A stretch of 64,000 nt of DNA, from NCBI GenBank assembly GCA_937902425.1, contig CALFNB010000065.1, positions 3,167 through 67,166 of the forward strand. Direction: 5' to 3'. The stretch comes from an uncultured Acetobacteraceae bacterium (GTDB taxonomy: Bacteria > Pseudomonadota > Alphaproteobacteria > Acetobacterales > Acetobacteraceae). The position numbers and the translations under genes are program-made. Numbering within the stretch: position 1 is the first letter of the stretch; each line of letters opens with the position of its first letter. Below, piece by piece: positions 46,524 through 57,397 of the stretch. The notes beneath the pieces are model-generated. The model ran no database searches. It was not told the DNA's origin and saw only the letters and a program-made list of their open reading frames with translations.

Positions 46524-47301
46524 ACCCGGTCAGCGTATTGAGGCCAAACGCATTGCTGAGCGGAACGTCGACGGCATCGCGGCCGCGGCCCACCAGGATG
46601 CGTCCGATCCGCGGCTCATTGTTACGTGGGTCAAACGTGTACCAGTTGCCGCCGAGATATGCCTCGAACCAGCCGGCGAAATCCATATCGGAATACGGCG
46701 GCGGCACACCGATATCGCTGAGGTAGCCCGTGCAGTAGCGCGCCGGAATGTTCATGCACCGGCACAGCGCCACCGCCAGATGCGCGAAATCGCGGCAGAC
46801 GCCAACCCGTTCATGATACACCTCCCACGCGGTGCGGGTCGGGCGGGCGGCCATGTAATCGAACCTGATATGCGAGTGGACGAAATCGCAGATCGCCTGC
46901 ACGCGTCCCCAGCCAGGCGGCGAATGTTCGAACAGACGCCACGCGGTTTCGGACAAATGATCGGTCTCGCAGTATCGGCTGCCGAGCAAAAACACCAGCA
47001 CGTCGTCCGGCAGATCCTGCACCGCGAGCTGTGGCGCCGAGGGCACGACCGGATCGGGTTGACCGGTGTCATTGACGATCGCGGAACTCGCGATGCGAAT
47101 TCTGCCGCGCGGCGCCACCAGACGGCTGCACCAATTGCCAAAACCGTCGCGATAGCCGTGCACCGCTACCGCCGGCTCGGTCGTGACATGGTCCGGTGCG
47201 ACCAGGTCGGCCACACGCGAGTGATGCACGTTCAGTAACAGCATCATTGGCGTCGGTTGGACGCAATCGTAGATCAGCTCGTAGCCGACTCGGATTTGCA
47301 T
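46471..47301 (-). CDS. Transglutaminase-like family protein
   Basis: FLLGSRYCETD, GVCRDFAH, IPARYCTGY, WFEAY..W.TFDP, GRDA.DV. Confidence 0.92.
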   Translation of the reverse strand: MQIRVGYELIYDCVQPTPMMLLLNVHHSRVADLVAPDHVTTEPAVAVHGYRDGFGNWCSRLVAPRGRIRIASSAIVNDTGQPDPVVPSAPQLAVQDLPDDVLVFLLGSRYCETDHLSETAWRLFEHSPPGWGRVQAICDFVHSHIRFDYMAARPTRTAWEVYHERVGVCRDFAHLAVALCRCMNIPARYCTGYLSDIGVPPPYSDMDFAGWFEAYLGGNWYTFDPRNNEPRIGRILVGRGRDAVDVPLSNAFGLNTLTGFKVWTDEIGAAPLAAQG

Positions 47302-47592
47302 GGCGCACCCTTGACGAAAACCTGGGGTTGAAAGCTCGGGCCAGGAAATTTGGGCGTCCGGCTGAGGGTTTCGATCATGCCGATCGTCAACCAGGTGCCG
47401 GATCGTGACTCGGTGGCTCCTCCAAGGCGCTCCACCATGTCATCGCGTGTATCAGATTTCCGCCGTCCGCCATACGATTTTGTGACGATCTTCAGCGGGA
47501 TTGGCGGTATTTCTCGCGCCCCGCCGGTCAGGTTCGCCTGCCGCCCGCTTCACCACGACCACCCGCTTCATCATGGATCGAGAAACCCCACC

Positions 47593-47841
47593 ATGGCTCG
47601 CGAAACCATCTATCTTGTTCAGGCATACACCCAAGGCAAACGCGCGCGATTGAACGCGGACACGCCGATCCGCTGTAAATCGACGGAATCCGCGCTGAAA
47701 ACCGCCGAGCGCCTGGGAACAACGAAAGTCGGCGTTGTCGCGTTCTCAACGTCCGGCGACGCCGAACTGGGCGAATATGACGATGAACCGGTCGTATTCT
47801 TCAAAATTGGGCGGCTTCCCGCCCAGTTCCAGGACCAATAA
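47593..47841 (+). CDS. Conserved small hypothetical protein
   Basis: YLVQAY..GVVAFSTSGDAELGEYDDEPVV..GRLP. Confidence 0.7.
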   Translation: MARETIYLVQAYTQGKRARLNADTPIRCKSTESALKTAERLGTTKVGVVAFSTSGDAELGEYDDEPVVFFKIGRLPAQFQDQ

Positions 47842-47929
47842 GACGCGGCGTGGCCCGCTGGCCTTGCATATTGGTCGCACCATCCGCACATAGGGTGTGG
47901 GTTTCCCCCTCACATTTCAGGAAAATATC

Positions 47930-48325
47930 GTGGCAACGCCCGACGTGACCGCTCTGCAGCGATCCGATCTGAACCAGTTCCTGTTCGCCGACATCGGCAC
48001 GGAAGCGAATGGCACGACATTGAGCGTCATGTCCGTCTTCGCGCGCCGCGGGTCAGATCCATGGACCGAAGCGGGCCGCTTGGCCGGACTGCCGAAGGCC
48101 GAGGCCGCGGACAGTCTGGCGCGCATGATCGCCACCATGCCGAAAACGCTGTGGGCGCTGCCCGAGGCGATTATCATCTCCGGGCGCCTGATTGGTTTGT
48201 TACCGGCACGACCGATCGTCGGGATCAGCCAGATCGCGCACCGGTGGCCAACCAACCAGATTGCTCTGGTGTGCGCCTGCATAGCACTGGTCGCCGCGTT
48301 CGCCGTCATGATGCTGCACCAATAA
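47930..48325 (+). CDS. Conserved hypothetical protein with C-terminal TM anchor (paralog of 34127)
   Basis: AGGA SD, GTG start; FLFADIGTEANGTTLSVMSVFARRGSDPW. Confidence 0.8.
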   Translation: MATPDVTALQRSDLNQFLFADIGTEANGTTLSVMSVFARRGSDPWTEAGRLAGLPKAEAADSLARMIATMPKTLWALPEAIIISGRLIGLLPARPIVGISQIAHRWPTNQIALVCACIALVAAFAVMMLHQ

Positions 48326-48372
48326 CCGCCGCGGGTCGCGCACAACGTATCGATCACAGAAGGGTTCCATCC

Positions 48373-48717
48373 ATGTCATCCTCAACAGCGTCAGCCTTAC
48401 CGGGCGATGAGCAGAACCAGCCGGACATCGAAGCCGACCGCCAGGCCGATGCGATGAAAGATCAACTGCGCAAGGACGTCGCTTCCTGGACGGCCTCACG
48501 CGGCGGTGAGGCACCGGTACTGGGCGCCGCCCGCTCCGCCACGCCGGTTGGCAGGCCGGCCGCCTCACCGCCGGCCGCGCGGGCCACCCGGCATAAAGCG
48601 AAAGCAGTGGACACCGCGAAGCCGGTCGAGGTTAAGAAGCAGCCGTTCAGGATGTCGTACGACGGCACCACGGACAAAGATTACATCGCGCAACGAATTA
48701 AACTCGGCGCGCGGTGA
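48373..48717 (+). CDS. Hypothetical protein
   Basis: AAGGG SD; low-complexity ORF ending FRMSYDGTTDKDYIAQRIKLGAR. Confidence 0.55.
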   Translation: MSSSTASALPGDEQNQPDIEADRQADAMKDQLRKDVASWTASRGGEAPVLGAARSATPVGRPAASPPAARATRHKAKAVDTAKPVEVKKQPFRMSYDGTTDKDYIAQRIKLGAR

Positions 48718-48842
48718 TCTGACGATACCGTAACGACACCGGCCTTGTCACGGGGATGACGGTCGGGACGACGATGAGATTTGCAAACTCCCTCCGGGCC
48801 AGCGAAAACACTCCCTGACCATCGAATATGGGGGGAAATATC

Positions 48843-49841
48843 GTGATCGCGATCCTGATCCGCGCCTTGGCCGCGGCGTGTTTGGTGCTGGCCGCCGTGG
48901 AGGCCCGGTCGGGGCAAGTCCAGGCGGCGACCGTCTGGGAATGCTATGTCTATAATCCGGTGGCGACGCAGCCCTCGGTGCAGGCCATCCAGCGTCTCAT
49001 CGACACCGTGAAAACGCAGACCAACGGGGAGCTGGAGATCAACCTCCACCTCGGCGGCAGCCTGCCAATCAAGGCCGACGGCATCACCGCCGCCGTCTCC
49101 GACAACGTCGTGCAACTGGGCGATGACGGTTTCGCCACCGGCACCATCCCGATCAGCGCCATCATCCGCCTGCCGATGCTGCTACAATCCCCGCAAGACC
49201 TGGATAAGGCGATGGCCATTCTCCGCCCGCATCTCGACGCCGCCTATGGCAAGCGCGGCATCGTCGTGCTCGGCCAGTATTCCTATCCGTTCCAGGTCCT
49301 GTGGGGGCGCAAGAAGATCACGTCGCTGGCCGACATCAAGGGTTCCAAGCTGCGCGTCACCTCGGTCGAGCAGGGCGAGTTCATCCGCCGCTTCGGTGGC
49401 ATTTCGCTGACGATCGGCGCGCCGGATGTCGCGGCGGCGCTCGACCGCGGCCTGGTGGAGGGCGTGCTGACCGCGAGTTCCGGTGGCGGTCTGGCGTGGC
49501 ACGATCTGCTGAAATACCGCTACGCTTTCCCAACGTCATATGTGAACTCGACCATCGTCGTGAACCAGGAAGCACTGGAAAAACTGCCGCCCGCGACCCA
49601 GAAAATTATCCGCGACGCCGGTGCCGAGGCCGCCACATGGGCCACGGTCGAAATGAAACGCGTGGAGGACGAAATCACCGCGCGCTTCAGCAAGGAAGGC
49701 ATGACCCTGTCCGACGCCACACCCGAGGAGATCAAGGAAGCGACCGAACGCATGCGCTCCTACTGGGATGAATGGGCCACGAAGCACAGCCCCGAGGCCG
49801 TGGCGACCCTGAAGGAAATCCGCGCCGCCGTGGGTCGCTGA
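48843..49841 (+). CDS. dctP: TRAP transporter substrate-binding protein DctP
   Basis: Signal peptide; TNGEL.I.LH.GGSL, LPML, DIKGSKLRV, ALDRGLVEG; alternative start 48828. Confidence 0.9.
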   Translation: MIAILIRALAAACLVLAAVEARSGQVQAATVWECYVYNPVATQPSVQAIQRLIDTVKTQTNGELEINLHLGGSLPIKADGITAAVSDNVVQLGDDGFATGTIPISAIIRLPMLLQSPQDLDKAMAILRPHLDAAYGKRGIVVLGQYSYPFQVLWGRKKITSLADIKGSKLRVTSVEQGEFIRRFGGISLTIGAPDVAAALDRGLVEGVLTASSGGGLAWHDLLKYRYAFPTSYVNSTIVVNQEALEKLPPATQKIIRDAGAEAATWATVEMKRVEDEITARFSKEGMTLSDATPEEIKEATERMRSYWDEWATKHSPEAVATLKEIRAAVGR

Positions 49842-49843
49842 TC

Positions 49844-50374
49844 ATGCCGGATCCGGAGTTTCCGGGCGAAGAACAGGAGGCGGCGTTCCATCCCGCCCCC
49901 TCCTGGATGGAAAAAGGCTGCATGCTGATCTGTGAGATCGGCATCGTTGTCATGGCGGTCATCGTCCTGGTCGAGATCGTCACCCGCAACCTGTTCGGCT
50001 TCTCCTTCGAAGCCTCCGAGGAACTGGGCGGTTACATCATCGTCGGCATTTCCTTTCTCAGTCTGCCGGTGTGTCAGGTCTATCGTTCCTATCACCACGT
50101 GCAGTTCGTGCAGGAGAGGCTCGGCCCGCGCATAAGGGCGGCGTCGCATGTGCTGTTCGATGTCCTGTCGCTGGGATTTTGCTTGTTGCTGGTCTGGCAA
50201 CTGACCCGCTTCGTGATGCAATCGTACCGCAGCGAGGACGTGGCGATGACCTTGCTCGCCACGCCGTTGTGGATCCCACAGGCGCTGATGCCGCTAGGTG
50301 CGCTCGCGGCGTCGGCGTCGCTGACGCGCACGCTGATCGGCAATGTCCGTCGCTTGCTGGCTGCGAGGCGCTGA
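49844..50374 (+). CDS. dctQ: TRAP transporter small permease DctQ
   Basis: Four TM helices; EIVTRNLF..SEELGGY, HVQ, TPLWIP. Confidence 0.9.
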   Translation: MPDPEFPGEEQEAAFHPAPSWMEKGCMLICEIGIVVMAVIVLVEIVTRNLFGFSFEASEELGGYIIVGISFLSLPVCQVYRSYHHVQFVQERLGPRIRAASHVLFDVLSLGFCLLLVWQLTRFVMQSYRSEDVAMTLLATPLWIPQALMPLGALAASASLTRTLIGNVRRLLAARR

Positions 50375-50377
50375 ACG

Positions 50378-51667
50378 ATGGAACTCGCATTCCAGTTGAT
50401 CTTCTCGTTCGGCGTGTTCCTGCTGCTGCTGGCCGCCGGCATGGCGGTGCCCTTCGCAATCGCGGTGCCAGGCGTGCTGTACCTGTTGATGCAGCACGGC
50501 CTGTCCGAGTTGAAAGGCATCGGCCTCGTCACCTGGGGCAGCATGAACAGCTTTACCCTGACCGCCATCCCGCTGTTCATTCTGATGGCCGAGCTGATGC
50601 AGCGCAGCGGTCTGTCGTTCCGGATCTACCGAGGCCTCGCCAAGGTCGTCTCACGCCTGCCGGGCGGATTGTTGCAAACCAACATCGTTGGCTGCGCGCT
50701 GTTCGCATCGATCAGCGGGTCGTCAGTCGCGACGGCGGCGTCGATCGGCGGCGTCGCGTTGCCGCAACTGGTGCAGCGCAATTACGACCGGCGGCTGTCG
50801 GCCGGCTCGCTGGCCGCGGGCGGGACGTTGGGGATCCTGCTGCCGCCGTCGATCGCGATGATCATCTATGGCTCGTTCACCGAGACCTCAGTGGCGAAGC
50901 TGTTCATGGCGGGCGTGCTTCCCGGTGTCATGCTGATGCTGATGTTCATGACCTACATCGCCGTGCGCTCATTCTGGAGCGGCGCGGTGCCGCGAGGGGC
51001 CGCGCCGGAGCTGACCTCGGCGCTGACCGCGGCCACGGATATCGTCCCCTTCGCGCTGCTGATCGGCGGCATCATGGGCAGTATCTATGCCGGTTGGGCC
51101 ACCCCCACCGAGGCCGCGTCCGGCGGTTGCACCTTCGCACTGATCCTGTGCCTGATCTGGGGCGACCTCACCTGGAGTCGTTTTGTCGAGGCGATGCACC
51201 GGACGGTGCAGGTGGTCGGCAACCTGATGTTCATTATCTATTCAGCCTACATCTATGCATACGCGATCGGTGTCGCGGGCGTCGGTGAGCACGTGACCTC
51301 CTGGCTGGTGGGGCTGCATTTGTCGCACCTGCAATTCTTCGGCGCGCTGTTCGTACTTTACACGGTGCTCGGGTGCCTGGTGGAAAGCATCGGCATGATC
51401 GTGATCACCGTGCCGCTGATCTATCCGGTGCTTGGCAGTTATGGCATCGATCCGATCTGGTTTGGGGTGATCCTGGTGCTTTACGTGGAACTCGGCCAGA
51501 TTTCGCCACCGATCGGGATCAACCTGTTCGTCATTCAAAGCATCTGGGATGGCGAACTGAGCGACGTCGTGATGGGAACGATCCCGTTCCATATCATCAT
51601 GTTCGTGCTGCTGTTCCTGCTGACCGTGTTTCCGCAACTGGCGCTGTGGCTGCCGGGACGGATGTAG
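50378..51667 (+). CDS. dctM: TRAP transporter large permease DctM
   Basis: AIPLFILM, SISGSSVA, LLPPSI, TPTEA, ISPPIG.NLFV. Confidence 0.93.
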   Translation: MELAFQLIFSFGVFLLLLAAGMAVPFAIAVPGVLYLLMQHGLSELKGIGLVTWGSMNSFTLTAIPLFILMAELMQRSGLSFRIYRGLAKVVSRLPGGLLQTNIVGCALFASISGSSVATAASIGGVALPQLVQRNYDRRLSAGSLAAGGTLGILLPPSIAMIIYGSFTETSVAKLFMAGVLPGVMLMLMFMTYIAVRSFWSGAVPRGAAPELTSALTAATDIVPFALLIGGIMGSIYAGWATPTEAASGGCTFALILCLIWGDLTWSRFVEAMHRTVQVVGNLMFIIYSAYIYAYAIGVAGVGEHVTSWLVGLHLSHLQFFGALFVLYTVLGCLVESIGMIVITVPLIYPVLGSYGIDPIWFGVILVLYVELGQISPPIGINLFVIQSIWDGELSDVVMGTIPFHIIMFVLLFLLTVFPQLALWLPGRM

Positions 51668-51673
51668 CGAGGT

Positions 51674-52813
51674 TCAAATGCACCAGGTCCGGACCGGGGC
51701 GAAGCCGTTGAACGCCACCGACGCGTAGCTCGACGTATAAGCGCCGGCCGAGTTAAAATCCACATGATCGCCCGCCGTAAGAGTGAGTGGCAGTTCGTAC
51801 CCCGCCCGCTGGTAAATGATGTCCGTGCTGTCGCAGGTCGGACCGGCCAGTATCACCCTTCCCGTCGGATCGCCGTCACGCGAGGTCCGAATGCGGTACT
51901 CAATCATCTCCCCCTGCGTTTCCGGAAGCCCGTTATAACGGCCGGCGTCGAGATAAATCCAGCGATGCCCGCCCGGATGCGGACGCTCCGCCGCCAGAAC
52001 GACCTCGCAGCGCAGTACGCCCGCGTCGCCGACCATGTAGCGGCCGGGCTCAAGCAGCATATGCGGCCTCGCCGTGCCGAACTCCCGGCCCAACGCGGTG
52101 TTGATCACCTCGGCGTAACGTTCCAGCGCGGGAACCGCCGACCGGTAGTGCGCCGGAAGCCCGCCGCCCAAATTGAGCAGCGACAGCGCGATCCCCTGCC
52201 GCGCGCAGGCGTGAAATATCGCCGCGGCATGGGCGATCGGTGCCTCCCATTGATGCGGATCGGTCTGTTGCGATCCAACATGAAACGACACGCCGACGGG
52301 GCGTAAGCCAAGCGTCCGTGCCCTGACCAGCAGATCGATCGCGGTTTGCTGATCACAGCCAAATTTATGGGTCAACGGCCATTCCGCGCCGGTGTTGCGC
52401 ACCAGAAGACGGCAGAACACCCGCGCTCCCGGCGCCGCCCGCGCCAGCTTCGCAAGCTCCGGCTCGCAATCGAATGCGAACAGATCGATCCCTTCCGCGA
52501 ACGCCGCGGCGACATCGGTTTCGCGCTTGATGGTGTTCCCATAAGACAACCGACCGACAACCACGCCACCCCCGCGGCATCGTGCCATCTCCCCTGGGCT
52601 TGCCAAATCGAAACAACATTCCAGCTCCGCCAATGCCGCGATGACGTCAGGGGCCGGATTCGCCTTGACGGCGTAATAAATCGACATGTCGGGGAACTGC
52701 GCTCGCAACGCATGAAACCGCGCCCGGACGATGTCCAGATCGATCACGACGCACGGCGTCGGAGGCATCGCCTTGGTGAGGAATTCGTCGATCCGGCGAA
52801 TCGAACCGGTCAT
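51674..52813 (-). CDS. Fold-type III PLP-dependent ornithine/lysine decarboxylase
   Basis: [45 protein letters not shown]. Confidence 0.92.
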   Translation of the reverse strand: MTGSIRRIDEFLTKAMPPTPCVVIDLDIVRARFHALRAQFPDMSIYYAVKANPAPDVIAALAELECCFDLASPGEMARCRGGGVVVGRLSYGNTIKRETDVAAAFAEGIDLFAFDCEPELAKLARAAPGARVFCRLLVRNTGAEWPLTHKFGCDQQTAIDLLVRARTLGLRPVGVSFHVGSQQTDPHQWEAPIAHAAAIFHACARQGIALSLLNLGGGLPAHYRSAVPALERYAEVINTALGREFGTARPHMLLEPGRYMVGDAGVLRCEVVLAAERPHPGGHRWIYLDAGRYNGLPETQGEMIEYRIRTSRDGDPTGRVILAGPTCDSTDIIYQRAGYELPLTLTAGDHVDFNSAGAYTSSYASVAFNGFAPVRTWCI

Positions 52814-53670
52814 CCGAACCTGCCGGTAACGTAGTCCTGGGTATGCCTGTTGTCGGGATGCACGAAGATCTTTTCGGCCGTGCCGAATTCAACGATCTCA
52901 CCGAGATACATGAACGCGACATAATCGGAAACACGTGCCGCCTGTTCCATGTTGTGCGTGACGATGACGATGCAGTAATCCTTGCGCAACTCATCGAGGA
53001 GATTCTCGATTTTCAGGGTTGAGATCGGATCCAGCGCGGAGCACGGCTCATCGAACAGCAAAATCTCGGGCTCCAGCGCGATGGCGCGGGCGATGCACAG
53101 ACGTTGCTGCTGACCGCCGGACAGGCGCGAGCCGCTTTGTCGCAGAATGTCCTTCACCTCGTCCCACAGCGCGGCGCGGCACAGCGCCACCTCCACACGA
53201 TGACTCATCTCAGCCTTGGACAAACGATGATGCAGGCGAATGCCAAAGGCGACATTTTCGAAGATCGACAACGGCAGCGGATTGGGCTTCTGGAACGTCA
53301 TGCCGATGCGGGCCCGTAGCCGCCTCACGTCGATTGCCGGGCTCAGAATATTCTCGCCGTCGATCATGACCTCGCCGGTCGCATGGTGATCCGGATACAG
53401 ATCGAAGATGCGATTCAGCACACGGATCAGCGTCGACTTGCCGCAGCCGGAGGGCCCGATAATCGCCGTGACGCGGCGGTCTTTCAAACTCAGGTTGATC
53501 CCCTTCAGGGCCCGCACCGCGCCATAGTGGAAATTGAGATCTCGGATCGCGATCTTCTCAACCTCCTGGTCTACGCCCGCATGCCAACGCCACGCGGGCA
53601 CGTTGGCGTGGTCCATCCGGGAACCAGGTGCGCCGGCTGATGACAATGCGGCCGGCGTGACGTTATTCAT
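52810..53670 (-). CDS. pstB: Phosphate ABC transporter ATP-binding protein PstB
   Basis: [65 protein letters not shown]. Confidence 0.95.
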   Translation of the reverse strand: MNNVTPAALSSAGAPGSRMDHANVPAWRWHAGVDQEVEKIAIRDLNFHYGAVRALKGINLSLKDRRVTAIIGPSGCGKSTLIRVLNRIFDLYPDHHATGEVMIDGENILSPAIDVRRLRARIGMTFQKPNPLPLSIFENVAFGIRLHHRLSKAEMSHRVEVALCRAALWDEVKDILRQSGSRLSGGQQQRLCIARAIALEPEILLFDEPCSALDPISTLKIENLLDELRKDYCIVIVTHNMEQAARVSDYVAFMYLGEIVEFGTAEKIFVHPDNRHTQDYVTGRFG

Positions 53671-55313
53671 CGTGATCCCCTCATATGTGCTTTGGGCCGA
53701 TGTCGATGGCGATCGGGCTCAACCGCTGATTGCCAGGTTCTGATCATCGCCAGTTCACGCTCGGGCCGCTCGGTCACCACGGTCAGCTGGCCGGGATAGA
53801 CCGCGCCATCATTGCCGTCGATCGACAGATAATCGCCCTCCGCCAGAATCCGGCCGCCGATCCGTACTGTCCTCGCCGCCATATCCACCATCATCCCTGG
53901 ACAGGACACCAGGCACACTTTGGCGAGCTGTCGCGCCACCACCGCGGCGTGCGAGGTGCGGCCACCGGTCGCCGTCACGACCCCTTCGGCCACGGCCAGC
54001 CCGTCGATGTCGGCGGTCGATGTTTCATGCCGCACCAGAATCGCCTTCTGGCCCGCGGCGGCCATCCGTTGTGCCGCGGCCGCATCGAGCGCGATCGCAC
54101 CACACGCCACACCGATACCCGCCACCTGAGCGATCGCCAGCGGCGACGGCACCGGCGGTGCGAAACGCGTGCGTGTCGCAAGCGCGAGGTCGATCTCCGC
54201 GAGCCGGGGCAGTACCTCCGCGGGCTGGCAAAGTCCTTCTTCGACCATGTCGACGGCGATTTTGACGGCAGCCCAAGGTGTGCGTTTGGCGTGACGGGAC
54301 TGGAGGAAATACAGGGCGCCGGATTGCACGGTGAACTCGAAATCCTGCGCGTCGCCGAACAACAGTTCAAGTTCGTGGCAGAACAGTGCAAGTTGCATCC
54401 AGGTCTCCGGCAGTGTCGCGCGCAATCGTTCGTTGTCGCGCAGCACCTGACGGCCCGCGACGACGTCTTCACCCTGGCCGTTGAACTGGAAGTCGCAATA
54501 AAGTTTGTGCGCGCCGGTCGCCGGGTCGCGCGTGAAACCAACGCCGGCGCCGGATTTTCCGCCGGCGTTGCCATAGACCATCGTCTGAATGGTCACCGCC
54601 GTGCCGACGCTATCAGGTATTCCTTTGAGCCTGCGGTAGGTTTTGGCTTTGGGCGCGTCCCACGAACGAAACACCGCCTCGACCGCTCGCGCCAGTTGCG
54701 TGCGCGGATCGGTGGGGAACGGTTCGCCGGCCAGGTCCTGGTAGCACCGCAGCATCAGGTGGGTCAGGTCGCGCAGGGTGCGATAGTCCAGATCGCGTTC
54801 GTTGTCCGCGCCGGCAGCGGCCTGGGCATCGCGCACCAACGCGTCGAAGGGTGCGACAGCCAGCCCGGAGACCACCTCCGCGAAACCCTGGATCAGGCGG
54901 CGAAAACTGTCCCACGCGAGGCGCGGATTGCCGGTCAGACGGATCAACCCCTCGACGGTGTCGGGGTTCAGGCCGACATCCAGCACGGTTTCCATCATGC
55001 CCGGCATCGAGAACGCGGCACCGGAGCGAACCGAAACCAGCAACGGCCGGCGGGTGGAGCCAAAGTTCAGGGTAGTGGCGGCTTCGACGCGCGTGATGCC
55101 TTTGGCGAGGCTGGCGCGCAACGCTTCGGCATTGGCCGCGGTGTCACGCGGCAGACCGCACCACAAGGCGGGCAACACGAAACCTGGCGGCACCGGCAGG
55201 CCCGCCGCCGCCATGCGCATCAGATTGAATGCCTTATTGCCAACCTCCGCCACGCCGCCCGGAGGAAGCTTCTCATTGGGCAGGATGACGTAAAGCGAGG
55301 GAACGTCAGCCAC
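53667..55313 (-). CDS. PPDK-like dikinase: ATP-grasp + phosphohistidine domain, no pyruvate-binding barrel
   Basis: [64 protein letters not shown]; ends at 548 aa. Confidence 0.9.
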   Translation of the reverse strand: MADVPSLYVILPNEKLPPGGVAEVGNKAFNLMRMAAAGLPVPPGFVLPALWCGLPRDTAANAEALRASLAKGITRVEAATTLNFGSTRRPLLVSVRSGAAFSMPGMMETVLDVGLNPDTVEGLIRLTGNPRLAWDSFRRLIQGFAEVVSGLAVAPFDALVRDAQAAAGADNERDLDYRTLRDLTHLMLRCYQDLAGEPFPTDPRTQLARAVEAVFRSWDAPKAKTYRRLKGIPDSVGTAVTIQTMVYGNAGGKSGAGVGFTRDPATGAHKLYCDFQFNGQGEDVVAGRQVLRDNERLRATLPETWMQLALFCHELELLFGDAQDFEFTVQSGALYFLQSRHAKRTPWAAVKIAVDMVEEGLCQPAEVLPRLAEIDLALATRTRFAPPVPSPLAIAQVAGIGVACGAIALDAAAAQRMAAAGQKAILVRHETSTADIDGLAVAEGVVTATGGRTSHAAVVARQLAKVCLVSCPGMMVDMAARTVRIGGRILAEGDYLSIDGNDGAVYPGQLTVVTERPERELAMIRTWQSAVEPDRHRHRPKAHMRGSR

Positions 55314-57282
55314 CGAGTACCTCTCCGAGCACGTGGCCGCGCAACGCGAGACTGGCGTGTTTCAGCGCGTCCATCGTCTCCTCGAGGCCATCACTGATCA
55401 CCGTGTAAAGGTGCAGTTGCCGAAAGTCCTTCGACTGCTGGATGGCGAGCGTGGTCAGCCGGCGCTGCGCGTCGTCGGCCTGATGTTCCAACGCCGCCAC
55501 GCGGTCGATCGCGGTGAGAAAGTCGTCGGTGTCCTCACGCGACCCCGGCCGGGTGACGTGAGCGGCGTGACTGAGCGCCTTGATCCATTCCTGTACGCCG
55601 TCCACGGTCAGCGCGGCGAGGCTCCGCAGCGCGTCCAGCACCTCGCCGCCCAGTGCTTCGTGGCCGCCCGGTGCTTCGTGGCCGCCCGGTTCTTCGTGAC
55701 AGATGGTTCCGCTCGCCAGAAGGACCAGCAGAAAGGCGACGTCTTCCAGATGATCCGCCGCATCGTCGGCGGTCTCCAGCAGCGTGCGGAATACAATACG
55801 ATCGGGCCGGCGGCGGGCGGCCTCGCGCGCCGCGACGACCAGCAGGTCGGCGTCATGTTCGAAGCGGCGGGCGCGATCGGCGCGTTTGCCGAAGCCGCCG
55901 TCGGAGGTTCCCGCCGCCAGCACGCCATCTTGCACCAGCGCGGCGATTTCGAAGATCAGACCGGCATGGTCCGCCGCGACGCCCAATAAGCGGCGTTCGT
56001 CGTCGCTGAAATATCGTTGCAGTTCGGCTCTGATGCGATCCGCGATCAAGGCGTGCGACTGGCCTTCCAGGAGGCCGTGCGCGGCAGCGCTCAGTACGAA
56101 CTGGATAAACGCGACGGCCGGCGCCTCGCCAAGCACATCGCACAGCCGGTCGCCGAAATGCATCGCGGTGTCCGCGGTCGCCTCAATGGCCTCATTGATC
56201 GCGCGAGCGCCGCCGATTTCCAGAAATCCACGATGACCGGCATCGTTGTGAGCAGCCCAGAGCAACACGTCCAACCGCTGTGGGCCTCGCAGGAATGCTC
56301 GCAACTGCTTGCGGGTCTTGTTCCAGTCGATCAGAAACACCAGCCGGGAACCAAGGAATTCGAGGAACCGCGCGCAATCCGTTGCATCCGCCGCCTGGAA
56401 CGAACCGGTGACCAACTGAAACGGCATGCCCTCGGCCAACGTCGTTGCCCGCGCCGTGCGCTCGTCGCCCCACGAGAGCTTCATGGGCGCCAGCATGTCC
56501 CGCAAGAAGCGCACGCGCTCGGGGTGAACGTCGCTGTAGGTGACCGTCACGGTCAGTGCCTCGACATGGATCACGATGACATGGGCGTCCGTGGTTCCGA
56601 TATCGTTCTGGATGATCAGCCGCTCCCCGGCGCGTGTCGCGGTCGTGCCGAGGCCGGGATGATTGAATTTCAGCGCGGCGGTTCGGTTCACGCCCGCCAT
56701 GAACGCTTTGACTTTGGGTTTGTCGGCGTCCTCAAGGCCGTAGACGGAGGCGCCGTCCAGCACTTCCTCCGCCAAAGCGGCCTGTAGCGCGTTCAGTTCC
56801 TTGTGCAGGTCCATGACGAGCCGATGCAGACTGTCCTTGCCCTTTTGCCGCCCCGATTGCGTGATCGCCGTGACATCGGCGGCGGTCAGGCAATCGTCCG
56901 CCGCCGCGGGCAAGGCATCCAGCAGGGGCTGCAACCGTTCATTATAGCCGGATTTTCCCACTGCCGCGACCGGATCGCTCATGATGCGCATTTCGTCGGC
57001 GATACACCGCATGACATTGCCGGCGCCTGGCAAATGATACAACCCGGATCCGCGCCGCGCGGTTTCCACCATGGCATCGAGGGTGGTGTCGGCGACCCCG
57101 GCGGCGAGCCGCTCACGCTTCAGGCCGGCGGCGGACTGTGCCGGATGATCCGCGTGACTGACCGCCATTTGCAGCAGGGAGAAGTAGTATTTCACCCGGT
57201 CATTCGCCGCCAGCGCGTCACTCAGACCTGAGGCGCGTCGCAGTTCCGTCATACCCATGGCTTCGAGAACGCGGCTTTTCAT
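55306..57282 (-). CDS. Long DUF47/PhoU-like phosphate transport regulator with extended N-terminal domain
   Basis: Two LEH.AD-type helical repeats (FEHDAD, LEHQADD) and DDAADHLED at the C-terminus; N-terminal KF.HPGL.TTATR and IQNDIGTTDAHV motifs; alternative start 57288. Confidence 0.75.
   Translation of the reverse strand: MKSRVLEAMGMTELRRASGLSDALAANDRVKYYFSLLQMAVSHADHPAQSAAGLKRERLAAGVADTTLDAMVETARRGSGLYHLPGAGNVMRCIADEMRIMSDPVAAVGKSGYNERLQPLLDALPAAADDCLTAADVTAITQSGRQKGKDSLHRLVMDLHKELNALQAALAEEVLDGASVYGLEDADKPKVKAFMAGVNRTAALKFNHPGLGTTATRAGERLIIQNDIGTTDAHVIVIHVEALTVTVTYSDVHPERVRFLRDMLAPMKLSWGDERTARATTLAEGMPFQLVTGSFQAADATDCARFLEFLGSRLVFLIDWNKTRKQLRAFLRGPQRLDVLLWAAHNDAGHRGFLEIGGARAINEAIEATADTAMHFGDRLCDVLGEAPAVAFIQFVLSAAAHGLLEGQSHALIADRIRAELQRYFSDDERRLLGVAADHAGLIFEIAALVQDGVLAAGTSDGGFGKRADRARRFEHDADLLVVAAREAARRRPDRIVFRTLLETADDAADHLEDVAFLLVLLASGTICHEEPGGHEAPGGHEALGGEVLDALRSLAALTVDGVQEWIKALSHAAHVTRPGSREDTDDFLTAIDRVAALEHQADDAQRRLTTLAIQQSKDFRQLHLYTVISDGLEETMDALKHASLALRGHVLGEVLGG
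55653..55698. repeat. In-frame 18-bp tandem repeat (about 2.5 copies)
   Basis: GTGCTTCGTGGCCGCCCG x2 + GTTCTTCGTG; encodes HEEPGG-HEAPGG-HEAL. Confidence 0.85.
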
Positions 57283-57339
57283 GATCATGGGTTCCCAGAT
57301 GAATCGCGCTCTTATCCATGGGAGAGCGCCACCGCGACA

Positions 57340-57353
57340 TTGACGTGCATCAA
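57340..57353. promoter_or_regulatory. FNR/FixK-type box
   Basis: TTGAC-GTGC-ATCAA, about 55 bp upstream of the DUF47 operon. Confidence 0.55.
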
Positions 57354-57397
57354 CGGAAGCATTTTCAAATTGGGCGATGACGGCGGCGTTCGAGACA

